From: Amphiscolops sp. MND2022
Lineage: Eukaryota
NCBI GenBank assembly: GCA_964187785.1
Contig: OZ076409.1
Coordinates: 24,306,001 to 24,370,000, forward strand
DNA: 64,000 nt
Direction of reading: 5' to 3'
Shown: one piece after another, positions 1 to 11,220 of the stretch
Layout: each line of letters begins with the position of its first letter
Position numbering within the stretch: the first letter of the stretch is position 1
The notes under the pieces: generated by a model
Database searches by the model: none
Seen by the model: only the letters and a program-made list of their open reading frames with translations
Told to the model about the DNA's origin: nothing
Made by a program: the position numbers and the translations under genes

Positions 1-450
1 CCATTTTTTCCGAAATTGTAACTGATTTTTCTCAGAAGTGAAAGTAGATACGAAAACCATTCTCCCTCACAGAGTTATGCAAAGATGTAGGCTAGTTCTT
101 GTACTATCAAAGTTTCCGTCATCAAGTATGACGCCTACGTTTTTCTGCTAAAATTACAATTTTCGTTTTTCTCAAACTTCAATTTCTCACTTTTCTTTTT
201 AGTTCTTTCATCTAAATTTTCTTGATCTGAGACTAGATAAGTTCACTAGGTTTTGGAATCTGGGATATACACATTTTCTAGCACCTTCTGCAGACCATTG
301 AACGTTTCTGCTCGTGCCCAAGCGCGACATGCCGTCGCGCCTATGTTTTTTTTGTTTAGGCTAAAAGAAGACAGTCACAATGGGTCGCACGGTGTACGAC
401 AGATTAAACGGAACACGCTGCTGTTTAGGGTGGGATTTCCTTCTGAACAT

Positions 451-548
451 CAACCGAGCAGTTAAGCTCGGACACAGCACATAAAGGAAAGGAGGAAGCG
501 GGTTGCAGCGTCAACCAGTCAGTTAACTCCGGACACAGCTACAACTCG
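451..548 (-). repeat. Two copies of a conserved stem-loop, GTGT-[6-bp stem, 6-nt loop]-TTGA
   Basis: On +: caaccgagcagttaagctcggacac (451) and caaccagtcagttaactccggacac (512). The same motif occurs four times at 60421-60840. Confidence 0.7.
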
Positions 549-562
549 AGGGACGGGGTTGT

Positions 563-1166
563 TTACTCGTTAGCAGCAGACAACGTGTTTTTTATCGCCT
601 TGCGGGCGCGTTTAGAGGGGCGTTTGGGGCGACTACGGGCAGTAATTTGTGATAAATCATTTTCATTCTTCAAAACAAGCTTCAGATGTTTCAATTCTAT
701 ATCAGGACTCTGGTGCAACGCCTTCAAATTTTGCAAATAATCGAGATCCTTGTGCTTACGCAGCGAGATAAAATCTTTTTCAACGTTCAGTACAAGAATG
801 TTTGTCTCTTCCAATTGCAAGAAAATGTCAGGAGTTCGATTCCGTTGGTAGTACACAAGAGCCCTGATTCTGTGTTGATAGGATTTTAGAACATTTACTA
901 AGTCAATTACTGACAAGGCACGATAAAAGTTGCTTTTATGTTTACAGATGCTGGTATTAATGACGTCGTGCCAAATTATCATTTCTTTTTCGTCTTTGAA
1001 ATCCTTTTCAATCAGGTTTTGTACTATTTTTTTTAGGATTTTTTGCGTGAATGTTTAAACTCAGGCCCGGAATAGAATAAACTTTTTCGTTAAGAGCTTT
1101 TTGATCATCGGGATTTATTGTTTCAATTGCGTGGTGCAAAGAACTTGCGGCCAAAATTCGTACCAT
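563..1166 (-). CDS. SGNH/OSK-like accessory ORF upstream of gag, with one frameshift in an A8 run at ~1027-1034
   Basis: ATG at 1166 gives MVRILAASSLHHAIETINPDDQKALNEKVYSIPGLSLN, which joins the 563-982 ORF if one A is removed. Colinear with ORF 60877-61494 (AASS, PGLSLN, IIWH.V.N.SI.KH, LKALHQSP.IE, SRPKRPS.RARKAIK). Confidence 0.75.
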
Positions 1167-1377
1167 CCAGTTTTTTTTCGACAATTTTTACTCGCTTTTT
1201 CCGTTTGGGGGGTGATTGGCCTTTTTTTGCTCAATAAATGCCTTTTTCAATGATGTTAGTGTTTTTTTTTAGGTCTTGCTACCCAATCGAAGCACACATT
1301 TTAAAAGATCAATACAAATGAGTTTCGAAGAGTTTTACTCGTATAAGTACCTTCCGAGGGTCGAAGTTAAGCTTCAG

Positions 1378-1580
1378 GGTTCCTGGGTCTACTTGCGTGG
1401 GTCGCAGGGCAACTTCCAGGGGTCAGGGGGTGACTTCCAGGGGTCAGGGTTCAGCCAAGAGTGAGTCGCGGATCACATCCGGTGGGCTAAGTGTCACGGG
1501 TCACCTTCGATGGGCTAAGGGTCACGAGTCACCTTCTTCGGTGGGCTACGGGTCACCTTCGGTGGAATACAGGTCACGGG
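1378..1580. repeat. Short imperfect GC-rich tandem repeats in the element 1 leader
   Basis: Repeated acttccaggggtcaggg (~21 bp) and gggtcaccttc units. Confidence 0.6.
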
Positions 1581-2066
1581 ATACGGAATTCGCCCAGTTT
1601 TCAAGGTGACGAGTCACTTTCAGGAGTCACTAGCCAACCTCTGGTGTGTACGGATTCTCCTCGTGCGGGGTTCCAGCAATCTTCGTCGTCGAATATGATA
1701 TGCAAGAGAAGGAACAGCGATCCTCCAGAAATATGAGCTAAGAAAAATCGGTAAATTTGGAATACCGGACAATTTCAAATATTTGCTTCCGCCAAGGCCC
1801 ACTTCCTGCCCAGGGGAATTGCGTCTTCTATTGACCTCTCAGCTTGAGTAGTCCTCTTGTTAACAGAAGAATGAGAAGATGAAGGCTCTGCGCTCACACA
1901 ACTTGCCACTGTTTCCGTGTTTTCTGATTTTGTGGTCCATGAAACGTCTCTGGTGTAGCGCTGCTGTTATGTTTCAGCTTCGATCACATCATCCACAAAA
2001 GATCTCACAGTGTATGGCTGGGTTATTGGAAAAAGGGAAACGAATGCAACAATTTTCAAGATCGAG

Positions 2067-2083
2067 CCTCTCTATGGCCATCA
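2067..2083 (-). promoter_or_regulatory. Primer-binding site of element 1 (TGATGGCCATAGAGAGG; TGG mutated to TGA)
   Basis: Directly follows the LTR end ...TTTTACA. Matches the element 7 PBS at 16 of 17 positions. Confidence 0.75.
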
Positions 2084-2363
2084 TGTAAAAGTCTAAGGTT
2101 TCTAGACTTTGGTTTTTGAAAAGAGAGAGAGAGAGACCAATAATGTATTAAAGGCCAAGTGTTCGGTCACAAAATGGAGGCAAAAATGAATATGTAAAAC
2201 GTTCAGAATAATGCGTTTGGCAGACAAAAGAACAATCATGTTTACAAACAATTACAAACAATAGTTAGCAAGACCTTTTATGCAGTGTTTCGAGGTTATT
2301 TGAAATATAAGTTTGCAAAAATTGGAGATATTTTGGACATTTCAAATATTTTTCCCAAATATT

Positions 2364-2436
2364 TGCCGGTCCCGGGAATCGAACCTCCGATCTTATGATT
2401 GGAAAGCTACGATGCTACCGCTACTCTAAATTGTCT
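2364..2436 (-). ncRNA. tRNA-like Pol III module (A and B boxes) inside the element 1 LTR; not a functional tRNA
   Basis: Minus strand TAGAGTAGCGG...TAGCTTTCCAATCATAAGATCGGAGGTTCGATTCCCGG. The B box is perfect; acceptor and anticodon stems do not pair. Confidence 0.65.
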
Positions 2437-3527
2437 TATTATTTGTTTTAACTTCGTCATATTGTATTGCACTGCAATACTATGACTCCCTGAATTCGAA
2501 TACTTTGTTTTGTCCTTGCATTCCTGACAAGCATATTAAAGAATGATAGGGTGACCGGGAGTGCGAATAATTACATTGTGATGGTAAACAATTGTATTGC
2601 TTGTTTTGCACATTTATTTATTTAGACTCTTGATAAGACTCTTACCAAGTTTACTGGCTAAAAATTGAAGAGATTTGTGTGAAGCAAGAGTAACTGAGTG
2701 CTTATCAAGCTTTCAATAATGAACGAGAACATGTAAGAATATGCAAGATTTTGACAAGAGTATCAAGATATTTTGCACTGTAGAGATAATACAAAAGGAA
2801 TATGCCCCCCAGAAGCATAATCCAATTTTTGGACACGTTCGTCGCAAATCTGCATGATTTTATGGTACATAATCATATGCCGAGTGTGCGTCTGCAAAAT
2901 CTCAGTAAGTGATTGATCAAAGGAGATTTTCAAGTCAGCAGAAGTTTCAAAACATGTAGAGTAGAAGACGCCCGCTATGTACCGGGATAATTTCCGCCTT
3001 CAATTGGCTGACAATAGACACTTGATCGAAAAATTATCTCCTCCTTGGTAAAACGCATTTCACTTCGAATTTAACGTCACAGTTCGAATAAAGCGCAATT
3101 GTTTTAAATCTCTGCTTTCTCTGTAGTAAAACACAATAAACTTGCAGGAAAAACGTCAAAAGTTCGGATGTAGCGTGCTGGGACAAATGGGAGCGCTTGT
3201 TTCCAAACATCTGTCTCCTCCTTAGGAAAACGCAATATTAAATATCATAGAAGTAAAAAGTGGAGCTTTGGCAAAATTTGGGAAAAAACGCAACACAGAT
3301 TATATTTTTCCTCCCCTTGCACAAAAAATTATGAAGGCGGAAGTTAATAATGAACACGAACTATGAAGTTTCAATCTTAGTGTTTGTAGAGAGATTTGAT
3401 TCTTTGAAAATAGTAAGATTGAGTTCTGTTGCCTTCGTATTGAAAGGTACATACACTAGGGTACCAAAAAGCTAAAGACACTCAATTTCGCTATCGAAAA
3501 AATTCAAATCGCAGTAACTTTTTCCAG

Positions 3528-4474
3528 TGTAACGGCTGCTTGCCCTTATCCTGCGCTGAGGCTTGACAAGCTTTACGCCGCCCTGATCCGTTGCTTAGTG
3601 CTGTGGACCGTCACTAAACAAATCCTGGTTTTCTTGTTTAAAGGACTGTATCTTTTGACTGGTGGGTCCGATGTGACCCGTGGAATCTCCTGCGATTCCG
3701 CTTTGCACTGATTTGGATCCGATGTGATCCTGCACACACTTCCCTCACAGTATCTTCACGCGCTCCGGCTCTCCAACTATGAGAGTAGCTACTTAGTCGC
3801 TCTGACTCTAGCGAAAAGTTGTGAAGATTGAGAAGTTGAATAATTAGTCTCGCGGTCCTGAGACCCAACTTGACTATAGCTATACAGTGGAGAAAATCTC
3901 TCTCTAATAATGGTATACATATGGTTTACAATTCTACAGTAAATATAAGCAAATATCAGTTGAAATATGTTGTATAAATAAATGACATTTAAAGCATAAA
4001 ATGAAGTTATTGACTAAGTAAACAAAGAATGTGGTGGTTTTGGCATGTTGGTTAGGTGGGTTAGAAAGTATGTTTACACAATGTAAATATCATTAATTTC
4101 AACAGAGATGATTTCCTTCAAGGTCATATGAGAAAATCACATAATAATTAATATATCAAAATTGGGATTTCATGGGGTCCGACCTAGGTCACTTTGGGTG
4201 TTAATTGCTCGGAACCCAGGGGAGATACGGGGTAGGTTGTTAAGAGTGAAAAGTTAGTGTATCACCACCACTATATGTGTGTCAAGTTTCAAGGTGATTG
4301 AATCAGTGGTTTTCCGGGACGGGGGGTGGTGTTTTTTTACATAGGGTCATTTTTGCTTAGACTTGTATTTTTCCAACTTAAATCTTGATAAAGTTTCTAA
4401 GTGTTTTGAGTTATAAGTTTCATCAGTCACGTTCAAGTTTGAGTTTCTGATCTCGCAATTGACTGGCGCCAACT
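3528..4474 (-). repeat. 3' LTR of element 2
   Basis: Direct repeat of 11221-12168, preceded on minus by the purine-rich GGGAGAAAAACAGGGCCGGCAA. Confidence 0.95.
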
Positions 4475-7400
4475 TTGCCGGCCCTGTTTTTCTCCCGAAA
4501 AACACTTTCGTAGAACATGGGTGCCAGTTTCACTACTGGTCTTTTGAGTTTTCCATCTTCAGTTTTCACCAGCGCTGATCTCACTCGCCCATCGCTTCCA
4601 TGATAGACGTCCAACACTCTACCCATCTTGTAGTGTGCTCTTTTCAGATTCTCATCTACTATCCAAACCAGATCATTGACTTCAAGTTGTCTAACTTCTT
4701 CTTCATTCCATTTAGATCTCTCGTTCCATTGGGGTAAATATTCTCTATTCCATCTGCTCCAGATCATATCTGCGTATGCTTGTGATACTCTGAATACTCT
4801 TCTCAGATCTGTATATCGCTGAGCGTCAGGAATAAATGGGGTTGCTGGACTTGCGCGTCCTAGCAGGAAGTGGTTTGGAGTCAAAGCTTCCAAATCTTCA
4901 GGATCATCACTGACACTAGTCAGAGGTCTCGAATTCAATATCTGCTCGACCAGGCACATTGTTGTGAATAATACATCATCTGTCAGTGTTCTGTTTCCGA
5001 CTATTGCCATCATAGCTTTCTTGCAGCTTCTAACCATTCGCTCCCAAACACCTCCAAAATGCGGAGCTCCTGGGGGGTTGAACTTCCATTTTATTTGCTT
5101 TAGAGCCAAAGAATGCTCAATGTCTGATTGATTCCAAGCTTCTATCCATTCTCGCATCTCTCTTGCTGCGCCCACGAAATTTGTTCCATTGTCACTTAGA
5201 ATGACGTTGGGTTTTCCTCTTCTTGCGATGAATCTCGTAATTGCAGCAAGACATGCGTCGGCTTCAAGGCTGGGCACAACTTCAACATGCACAGCTCTTG
5301 TTGTCAAACATGTGAATAGACAACACCACCGTTTCATTGATTTCCTCATGAATCTCACTTCGAATGGTCCAAAATAGTCTACTCCAGTATTGGCAAAAGG
5401 GAAAACTCTTTCTTCCAATCTTTCTTTAGGTAAGTCTGCCATGAAAGGTTGAACTCCTCCAACTTGTTGCTTTCTGCACTTAACACACTTCAACTTCACA
5501 TTTCTGAGCGCGTTTCGGAGTCCAATTATCCAGTAATTTTGCTGCAAAATGCTGCGAACATACTCTGTTCCTTCGTGATAGTTACTTTCATGCGCATCTT
5601 CAATCAATTTCCTCACTATTGGATGCTTCGCAGATAGCAAAATTGGATGTTTCATTTCATAACTCGCATCAGCATGACGTAGTCGTCCTTTTAATCGCAT
5701 TAGGTTCTGATCGTCCATAAATGGTGACAGTTTGTTCAAGTGATCCGATGCAGCCATTGGTTTACCTGCGGCCAATGCTTGATATGTTGGACCAAAACTT
5801 TCCATCTGGCTCTTCCGCAGTAACAGTCGGATCACTTGCTGCATTTCTTCTGTTATCACCACCTTTCCTTTGATTTTTGATTTGAACCGAAGGCAATAGG
5901 CGAAGATCCGGGTCATTCTTCTGAAAGAACCGAACTTCTCCCAATCAATGTTCTTTTCTTCTGGCACGACTTCAAAGACTTGCTCTATGTCTTCTGTTTT
6001 CTGCTGAAACAACTGTGGTGAGGTTTGTGGCCAAGCATCTTCTTTCTCTCGAAGCCATGCCGGCCCTGTGAACCACTCGCTCTTTTCTAATTCATGGACG
6101 GATTTTCCTCTTGTTCCGATGTCGGCAGGGTTTAAGATTCCTTCGACATGTCTCCACTGATCAATAGTTGAACTGTCAAGGATTTCAGCGACTCTATTCG
6201 CTACAAACACCGGTTGTTTCTTGTCAGCTCCATGCAACCATTGCAAAACGGTTGTCGAATCCGTCCAAAAGAAAGTTCGTTCAACTTGAATGTCGTGTTC
6301 GTCTACGATCAGTTGTTTTAATCGGGTTCCATACATAGCTGCTTGTAGCTCTAGTCGGGGAATTGATTGTTGCTTCATTGGCGCTACTCGGCATTTCCCT
6401 AACACATAGGCAAGCTCTCCAATTTGTTGATCTCGAAAGTAGGCAACTATGCACATGGCTTCCAGGGATGCATCGGCGAAAATATGCAAGTCCACTACTT
6501 CAGCATTTTTCGATAGATATTTTCTTTTGATAGCCATTTCATTCATGTGACTCAACTCCGATGCCCAATCCTTGAAAGCAATCTCGTCTTCTGGAGAAAC
6601 TTGTTCGTCCCACGATTGCCCATGCTTCTTCCAAATTCCTTTGAGCAACAATCTCATTCTCACTGTGAAGGGGGAAAACAATCCCAACGGGTCAAACACA
6701 GAGGATACGTGAGATAGAACAATTCTCTGAGTGATCTTGACAGGCACCTCTTTTCCCGTACCGCGGCAAATCTCAAGACTGTCTGACTCCACATTCCACT
6801 GGAGTCCCAACATAGAGGGTGCCAAGGGTTCAGCTTCGAATGTTTTACTTAGCGCGTCTGATCTATCTTCAGAAGGAATTTCTTCCATTACTTTCTCTGA
6901 GTTGCAGATCCATTTCGTTAGTTGAAAGCCACGATCCGCTAAGGATTTTCGCAAGCACTTATACGCTTCCACAGCTTCTTCCCTCGAAGCTACTGACTTC
7001 ACAAAATCGTCCATATAGAAGTTTCTGTTGATCAACTTTGCAACCATCCCATTGTCATCTCTGCTGTCTCGTCCGACTTGTTGCAAAGCGTAGTTGACAC
7101 ATGTTGGCGAACTCTTAGCTCCAAAAATGTGTCTTCCATGTTCATACACAGAGATAGGGTCAGTGTGGTTTTCTCTCCACAAAAATCTCAGTACTCTGCA
7201 ATCAGTAGGGGGTACTTTCACTTGGAGAAACATTGCTTCGACGTCTGCTGTCAGGGCGATTTCCTTTTCCCTGAATCTGAAGATAATTCCTATCAGCGAT
7301 TGTAGGAGGTCTGGACCGGCCATCAAGTTATCATTCAGCGAAACACCTCCGAACTTTGAGGCAGCGTTGCACACTCGTCTCACTTTGTCCGGCTTGTTCG

Positions 7401-10400
7401 GGTTCAGCACAGGGAGATGCGGAACATACCACTGGAGGTCTGAATTAGTGTTTTCAAGCTCTGCTTCGTCCAAAACTCGCACAAAGCCCTTTTGTACGTC
7501 CACATCAATTGTCTCTTTGTAGCGTTGTTTCAAGTTCGCATCCTTTTCCAGTCGGCGCTCGAGAGACTTCAATTGACTTACTGCCGAACTGTAATTGTTT
7601 GGCAAATGCGGCTTTGCATTTTTCCAAAGTAGCCCGACATCGTATCTCTTTCCGTTGAACTTCGTGGTTGCTTTGAGCATTTCGAGGGCTCGCTCGTCTT
7701 CCTTGGACCTTCCGGATACGCTGCAATTGGAAGCATACGATTCCATGCTCCACCAAGACTTCACTTGATCCGCTAACGGGTCCACTTCTGCTGCAACTAG
7801 ACTTTCAGTTGCGAGCTTTGCTGTCTCTTGCTGAGGCAATGGTCCACTGAGCATCCATCCCAGCTTCGTTCGCACTGCCCAGGGCTTGGCGTTTCCACAC
7901 TTTCTATAGTCGATTGCTCTATGCAAGTGGTAGCAATCTTGGCCCAAGATGACTTTCACATCTTTCAGGTTGATGGTAGAATCTTTCAGCACTGACAGGT
8001 GTGGATATTCTTCCTTCAATTTCTTGAGGTTGTACGTTCGATTTCCTGCATTCACGTCGGGATGACTATAGGCCATGATATCTTCTTTGACTTTTCCGTC
8101 CTGATCTCCAATCCTGACTCGAAGTCGTTTGCTACTAATATCTGACGTTCCATGAATCCCTGCAACATTCAAATCCACTGGCTGTCCCGTCAGATTTAGC
8201 GCTTTCATCAGGCTCTCGTCCACAAAGGACAGGCTTGCTCCAGAGTCGCACAAAGCGAACGTTTTCACAGTTTTGCTCCCACTCCCTATCAATACTGGAA
8301 TGACTGGAAGCACTCCACTGCTTCTCATTGAGGACAGGTTGGAGACCTCATCGACATTTTCAACATTTTTCTTTTGTTCCACGTTCTTGTATGTTCTGTG
8401 TAGCAATCTGTGATGAGGTTTTCCGCAACCATTCACATCGCAGAGTCTACCAGAGCAATTTCTCATCTGATGTGCGTCTGACAAGCATTTGAAGCACAAT
8501 TTCAGCTCTTTCGCCTTTTGTCCCCTTTCTTCGACGTTCATCTTCTTGAACTTCTCACATTTCCATATTGGATGTTTGCCATCTTTCAGCGCACACTCTC
8601 GCTGGTATTTTGAGTTGTCACTGGTTGTGTTTGTTGTTGATGTGGCAAACGTGGAGCCTTTGGCCTTTTCCTTGTGGTTTGACTTCGCGCGATCAGCATT
8701 CGGGTTTGAAGACAAAAGCAATTCGTCTTGAACATCTGCTATATCATTGAGCCATTCACTGAACACAGCGAGTCCAGGTTGACACAGGTTCATTTGCTTG
8801 ACATAAGTGAGCCACTTCGTTTTCATGTCCAGTGTTAACTTCCTTGTGGCACTGCCTAAAACTCCTTCTGAGTTTAGGTCTCCCACGTAGTTGAATTGTG
8901 TCAAAACATTCACGCAACTCGACACTTCTCTTGCAAACTTGATCAATGCGGCTCCATCATAAGGTTTCATTGGAGGGAACGAATAGCTTCGCTTCAACTG
9001 GGCGTTCACAACCATTTGAGGTTTTGCAAAGTTTCGAACTAGAACGTTCCACGCCACATTGTACATCTCAGCAGTGTACCCAAGGCCAGCAATCGCCTCC
9101 TTGGCTTTGCCTGTGACCATGGTTTTCAGGTGATTCATCTTTACACTGTCGTCCATATTGGCTGCGTGGACGGTTGCTTGAAAGAGTTGTGACCACTCTG
9201 GCCACTCCAATGGGTCACCGGAAAACTCTGCCAGCTTCAGTTTTGGCAAGCTAGATCTGATGTAGTATTCATCTCTCGCATTTGACACTATGTTTGGCCC
9301 TTGACTTGGCATATACTGCTTCTGTGTGTTCGCAAGCTGTGGTACTTGAAATTCACCACTCTGGATGCCTCCAAACGTAGGCGGTAACCGATTCGGGTCT
9401 GCACTGAGAGTCATCGACGGCTTCGATGGGGCGAATTTCACTTCCGGTTGTGCTGTTGCACTTTGACTGACAGCATCTATGACAGTCTTTGTTCTGTGCT
9501 GTCCAATGCCTCGACTAGCGGCTTCGGTGGATATAGTCGGTTTCACTGGAGGATTCAAGTCCCTCACTAGCGCGGAGCATTGTCCTTCATGCATCGATTG
9601 TACTGTTATTACTGGTGCTGAGACGGACGTTTGCTGGTATACAGATGGCACGTTAGTCGTCGATGCCACGTTTTCAGCTTCTTCTGTCTTGTCCATCCAA
9701 TCTGAGACTTTCGTCAGATTGTCGTCTGGAGTCTCGACTGGTGAGATACTCCAGAAACTAGACCCACAACTACTCGGAACTTTCGCCATCTCTATTTCTT
9801 TTTCGGCTATTTTGGCTTTGCGGGCCAGCTTTTCTTGTAAGTCTGCTATTTCATTTTGTTCCGCATTGCGTCTGAGTTTCTCCAGGCGACTTTGCAATTC
9901 TTCTTGCTCTTTCAAAGCGTTTAGTTCCAAATCGAGAACTCGTCTTGCACTTGATGTTTTTGAAATCACTGAGGTTTTGTTGCTTTTGGTTCTTTTACTT
10001 CGCGAGTGTATGCTCAATTCTTCTATTGGCAATGATCTAGCACATTTGTTTCGCTCTTGGCTGTCATCCGCGTTATGACCAATGCCTTCGTTCTGCTCCT
10101 CGTCTGGTTCGGGCTCCTTTTGTGGTGAAGTGCCATTTCTACTTGATTTGTCTGCGGCTACGCTTGCGCGAACGTCTGCCAGTCTTTGTTCAGCGTCTTC
10201 AAGACTTCGCAAAATGGCTCCTCCTTCTCCTGTCTTCAGCAGATCTTCAATTTTCGTTTTAATGTCAGACCGTTTCTGCAGCAATTCTTGACATGCTGCA
10301 GCATAATCTTCTTCAGCGTCCTCGCCGTTTTCAATTCGTTCATCGCGCAACTTTTCGTTGTGGGCGATTCTTTCATCAATAGCACGTTTCTTCTCTTCAA

Positions 10401-10803
10401 GATCCAAATAGTTTAGTATCTGATTTTCATCTTGCAATGCTGACATCAGTATTATCACCCTTCCAGTGTTAGAGTTTTGTCGCTGCAACTCAACAAATCG
10501 GCTATTCATCGCTTGGATCACTGTTGAGAACATTTCGGGTATCTGGGGTTGGTACTTGATTTTGATTGCATTTTGGATTGCCTTAAAGAGTCGTTCTCGC
10601 CTTTTTATGACATCTATTCGTCGTAACAGCAGCTCTGCTATCTGCTTGTCGTCAACATTGCTAGCTAGGTTCTCATCAATTTCTTTGACAGTCTTACCGT
10701 GTTCAACAGCTGCAGTCCAATAACTCAACGTTTGGGCTTTGTCAGCAGAGTTCTTCAGAAAGTTTTCAATTTTATTGATATCGAACCGTTTTGGTTCTGC
10801 CAT
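4423..10803 (-). CDS. BEL/Pao Gag-Pol polyprotein, 2126 aa, intact
   Basis: DUF1759-type gag (LPKLKLAEFSGDPLEWPEW); three Cys/His knuckles including CFKCLSDAHQMRNC; protease LCDSGAS; RT YMDD; Pao RNase H IFADAS/FWTDS; integrase HHCC, GVDYFGP and SDNGTNF; C-terminal W.REYLP region. Confidence 0.97.
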   Translation of the reverse strand: MAEPKRFDINKIENFLKNSADKAQTLSYWTAAVEHGKTVKEIDENLASNVDDKQIAELLLRRIDVIKRRERLFKAIQNAIKIKYQPQIPEMFSTVIQAMNSRFVELQRQNSNTGRVIILMSALQDENQILNYLDLEEKKRAIDERIAHNEKLRDERIENGEDAEEDYAAACQELLQKRSDIKTKIEDLLKTGEGGAILRSLEDAEQRLADVRASVAADKSSRNGTSPQKEPEPDEEQNEGIGHNADDSQERNKCARSLPIEELSIHSRSKRTKSNKTSVISKTSSARRVLDLELNALKEQEELQSRLEKLRRNAEQNEIADLQEKLARKAKIAEKEIEMAKVPSSCGSSFWSISPVETPDDNLTKVSDWMDKTEEAENVASTTNVPSVYQQTSVSAPVITVQSMHEGQCSALVRDLNPPVKPTISTEAASRGIGQHRTKTVIDAVSQSATAQPEVKFAPSKPSMTLSADPNRLPPTFGGIQSGEFQVPQLANTQKQYMPSQGPNIVSNARDEYYIRSSLPKLKLAEFSGDPLEWPEWSQLFQATVHAANMDDSVKMNHLKTMVTGKAKEAIAGLGYTAEMYNVAWNVLVRNFAKPQMVVNAQLKRSYSFPPMKPYDGAALIKFAREVSSCVNVLTQFNYVGDLNSEGVLGSATRKLTLDMKTKWLTYVKQMNLCQPGLAVFSEWLNDIADVQDELLLSSNPNADRAKSNHKEKAKGSTFATSTTNTTSDNSKYQRECALKDGKHPIWKCEKFKKMNVEERGQKAKELKLCFKCLSDAHQMRNCSGRLCDVNGCGKPHHRLLHRTYKNVEQKKNVENVDEVSNLSSMRSSGVLPVIPVLIGSGSKTVKTFALCDSGASLSFVDESLMKALNLTGQPVDLNVAGIHGTSDISSKRLRVRIGDQDGKVKEDIMAYSHPDVNAGNRTYNLKKLKEEYPHLSVLKDSTINLKDVKVILGQDCYHLHRAIDYRKCGNAKPWAVRTKLGWMLSGPLPQQETAKLATESLVAAEVDPLADQVKSWWSMESYASNCSVSGRSKEDERALEMLKATTKFNGKRYDVGLLWKNAKPHLPNNYSSAVSQLKSLERRLEKDANLKQRYKETIDVDVQKGFVRVLDEAELENTNSDLQWYVPHLPVLNPNKPDKVRRVCNAASKFGGVSLNDNLMAGPDLLQSLIGIIFRFREKEIALTADVEAMFLQVKVPPTDCRVLRFLWRENHTDPISVYEHGRHIFGAKSSPTCVNYALQQVGRDSRDDNGMVAKLINRNFYMDDFVKSVASREEAVEAYKCLRKSLADRGFQLTKWICNSEKVMEEIPSEDRSDALSKTFEAEPLAPSMLGLQWNVESDSLEICRGTGKEVPVKITQRIVLSHVSSVFDPLGLFSPFTVRMRLLLKGIWKKHGQSWDEQVSPEDEIAFKDWASELSHMNEMAIKRKYLSKNAEVVDLHIFADASLEAMCIVAYFRDQQIGELAYVLGKCRVAPMKQQSIPRLELQAAMYGTRLKQLIVDEHDIQVERTFFWTDSTTVLQWLHGADKKQPVFVANRVAEILDSSTIDQWRHVEGILNPADIGTRGKSVHELEKSEWFTGPAWLREKEDAWPQTSPQLFQQKTEDIEQVFEVVPEEKNIDWEKFGSFRRMTRIFAYCLRFKSKIKGKVVITEEMQQVIRLLLRKSQMESFGPTYQALAAGKPMAASDHLNKLSPFMDDQNLMRLKGRLRHADASYEMKHPILLSAKHPIVRKLIEDAHESNYHEGTEYVRSILQQNYWIIGLRNALRNVKLKCVKCRKQQVGGVQPFMADLPKERLEERVFPFANTGVDYFGPFEVRFMRKSMKRWCCLFTCLTTRAVHVEVVPSLEADACLAAITRFIARRGKPNVILSDNGTNFVGAAREMREWIEAWNQSDIEHSLALKQIKWKFNPPGAPHFGGVWERMVRSCKKAMMAIVGNRTLTDDVLFTTMCLVEQILNSRPLTSVSDDPEDLEALTPNHFLLGRASPATPFIPDAQRYTDLRRVFRVSQAYADMIWSRWNREYLPQWNERSKWNEEEVRQLEVNDLVWIVDENLKRAHYKMGRVLDVYHGSDGRVRSALVKTEDGKLKRPVVKLAPMFYESVFREKNRAGKVGASQLRDQKLKLERD

Positions 10804-10838
10804 TTCTTCTCTTCTTGATTGAACTCAGTTCACAAAGT

Positions 10839-11082
10839 CACAATAGCCCAAACTCCCAGAGACACAATAGCCCAATCTCCCAGGGACACAGTAGCCGAAT
10901 CTCCCAGAGACACAATAGCCCAATCTCCCAGAGACACAGTAGCCCAATCTCCCAGAGACACAGTAGCTCAATCTCCCAGAGACACAATAGCCCAATCTCC
11001 CAGAGACACAGTAGCCCAATATCCCAGAGACACAGTAGCCCAATCTCCCAGAGACACAGTAGCCCAATCTCCCAGAGACACA
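10839..11082. repeat. 24-bp tandem array (~10 copies) in the element 2 5' leader
   Basis: Unit gagacacagtagcccaatctccca. Confidence 0.95.
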
Positions 11083-11133
11083 AATCAGAGACTCCAAGAT
11101 CCAGACCCTTGTACTTCTTGGGCAATCTTCTCA

Positions 11134-11218
11134 GTTGTCCACCAACGAGTCGTCCGGGTCGTCCACCAACGAGTTGTCCGGGTCGGCGGACCAACGAGTT
11201 GTCCGGGTCGGCGGACCA
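11134..11218 (-). promoter_or_regulatory. Tandemly repeated primer-binding site (tRNA-Tyr type)
   Basis: TGGTCCGCCGACCCGGAC starts 2 nt after the 5' LTR. Two exact 25-bp copies plus a variant (TGGTGGACGACCCGGAC) and a partial copy. The tRNA assignment rests on resemblance to the usual BEL TGGTCCTTCGAGCCGGA site. Confidence 0.8.
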
Positions 11219-11220
11219 AA

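Larger units (their letters stand above)
1..2529 (-). mobile_element. 5' portion of a BEL/Pao LTR retrotransposon (element 1); gag-pol lies beyond the window start
   Basis: Same architecture as element 53415-62711: near-identical PBS, homologous upstream ORF, the same hairpin repeats and a tRNA-like module in the LTR. The outer LTR end (CCTGACA, 2529) is a guess because the partner LTR is outside the window. Confidence 0.7.

Noticed and set aside
1027..1034. Programmed frameshift in the element 1 accessory ORF
   Set aside because: The homologue in element 7 is continuous here; a homopolymer indel or sequencing error is simpler.
9479..10723. Plus-strand ORFs opposite the gag-pol genes (also throughout 30-36 kb and 54-60 kb)
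   Set aside because: Antisense shadows of long coding frames with no independent signals.
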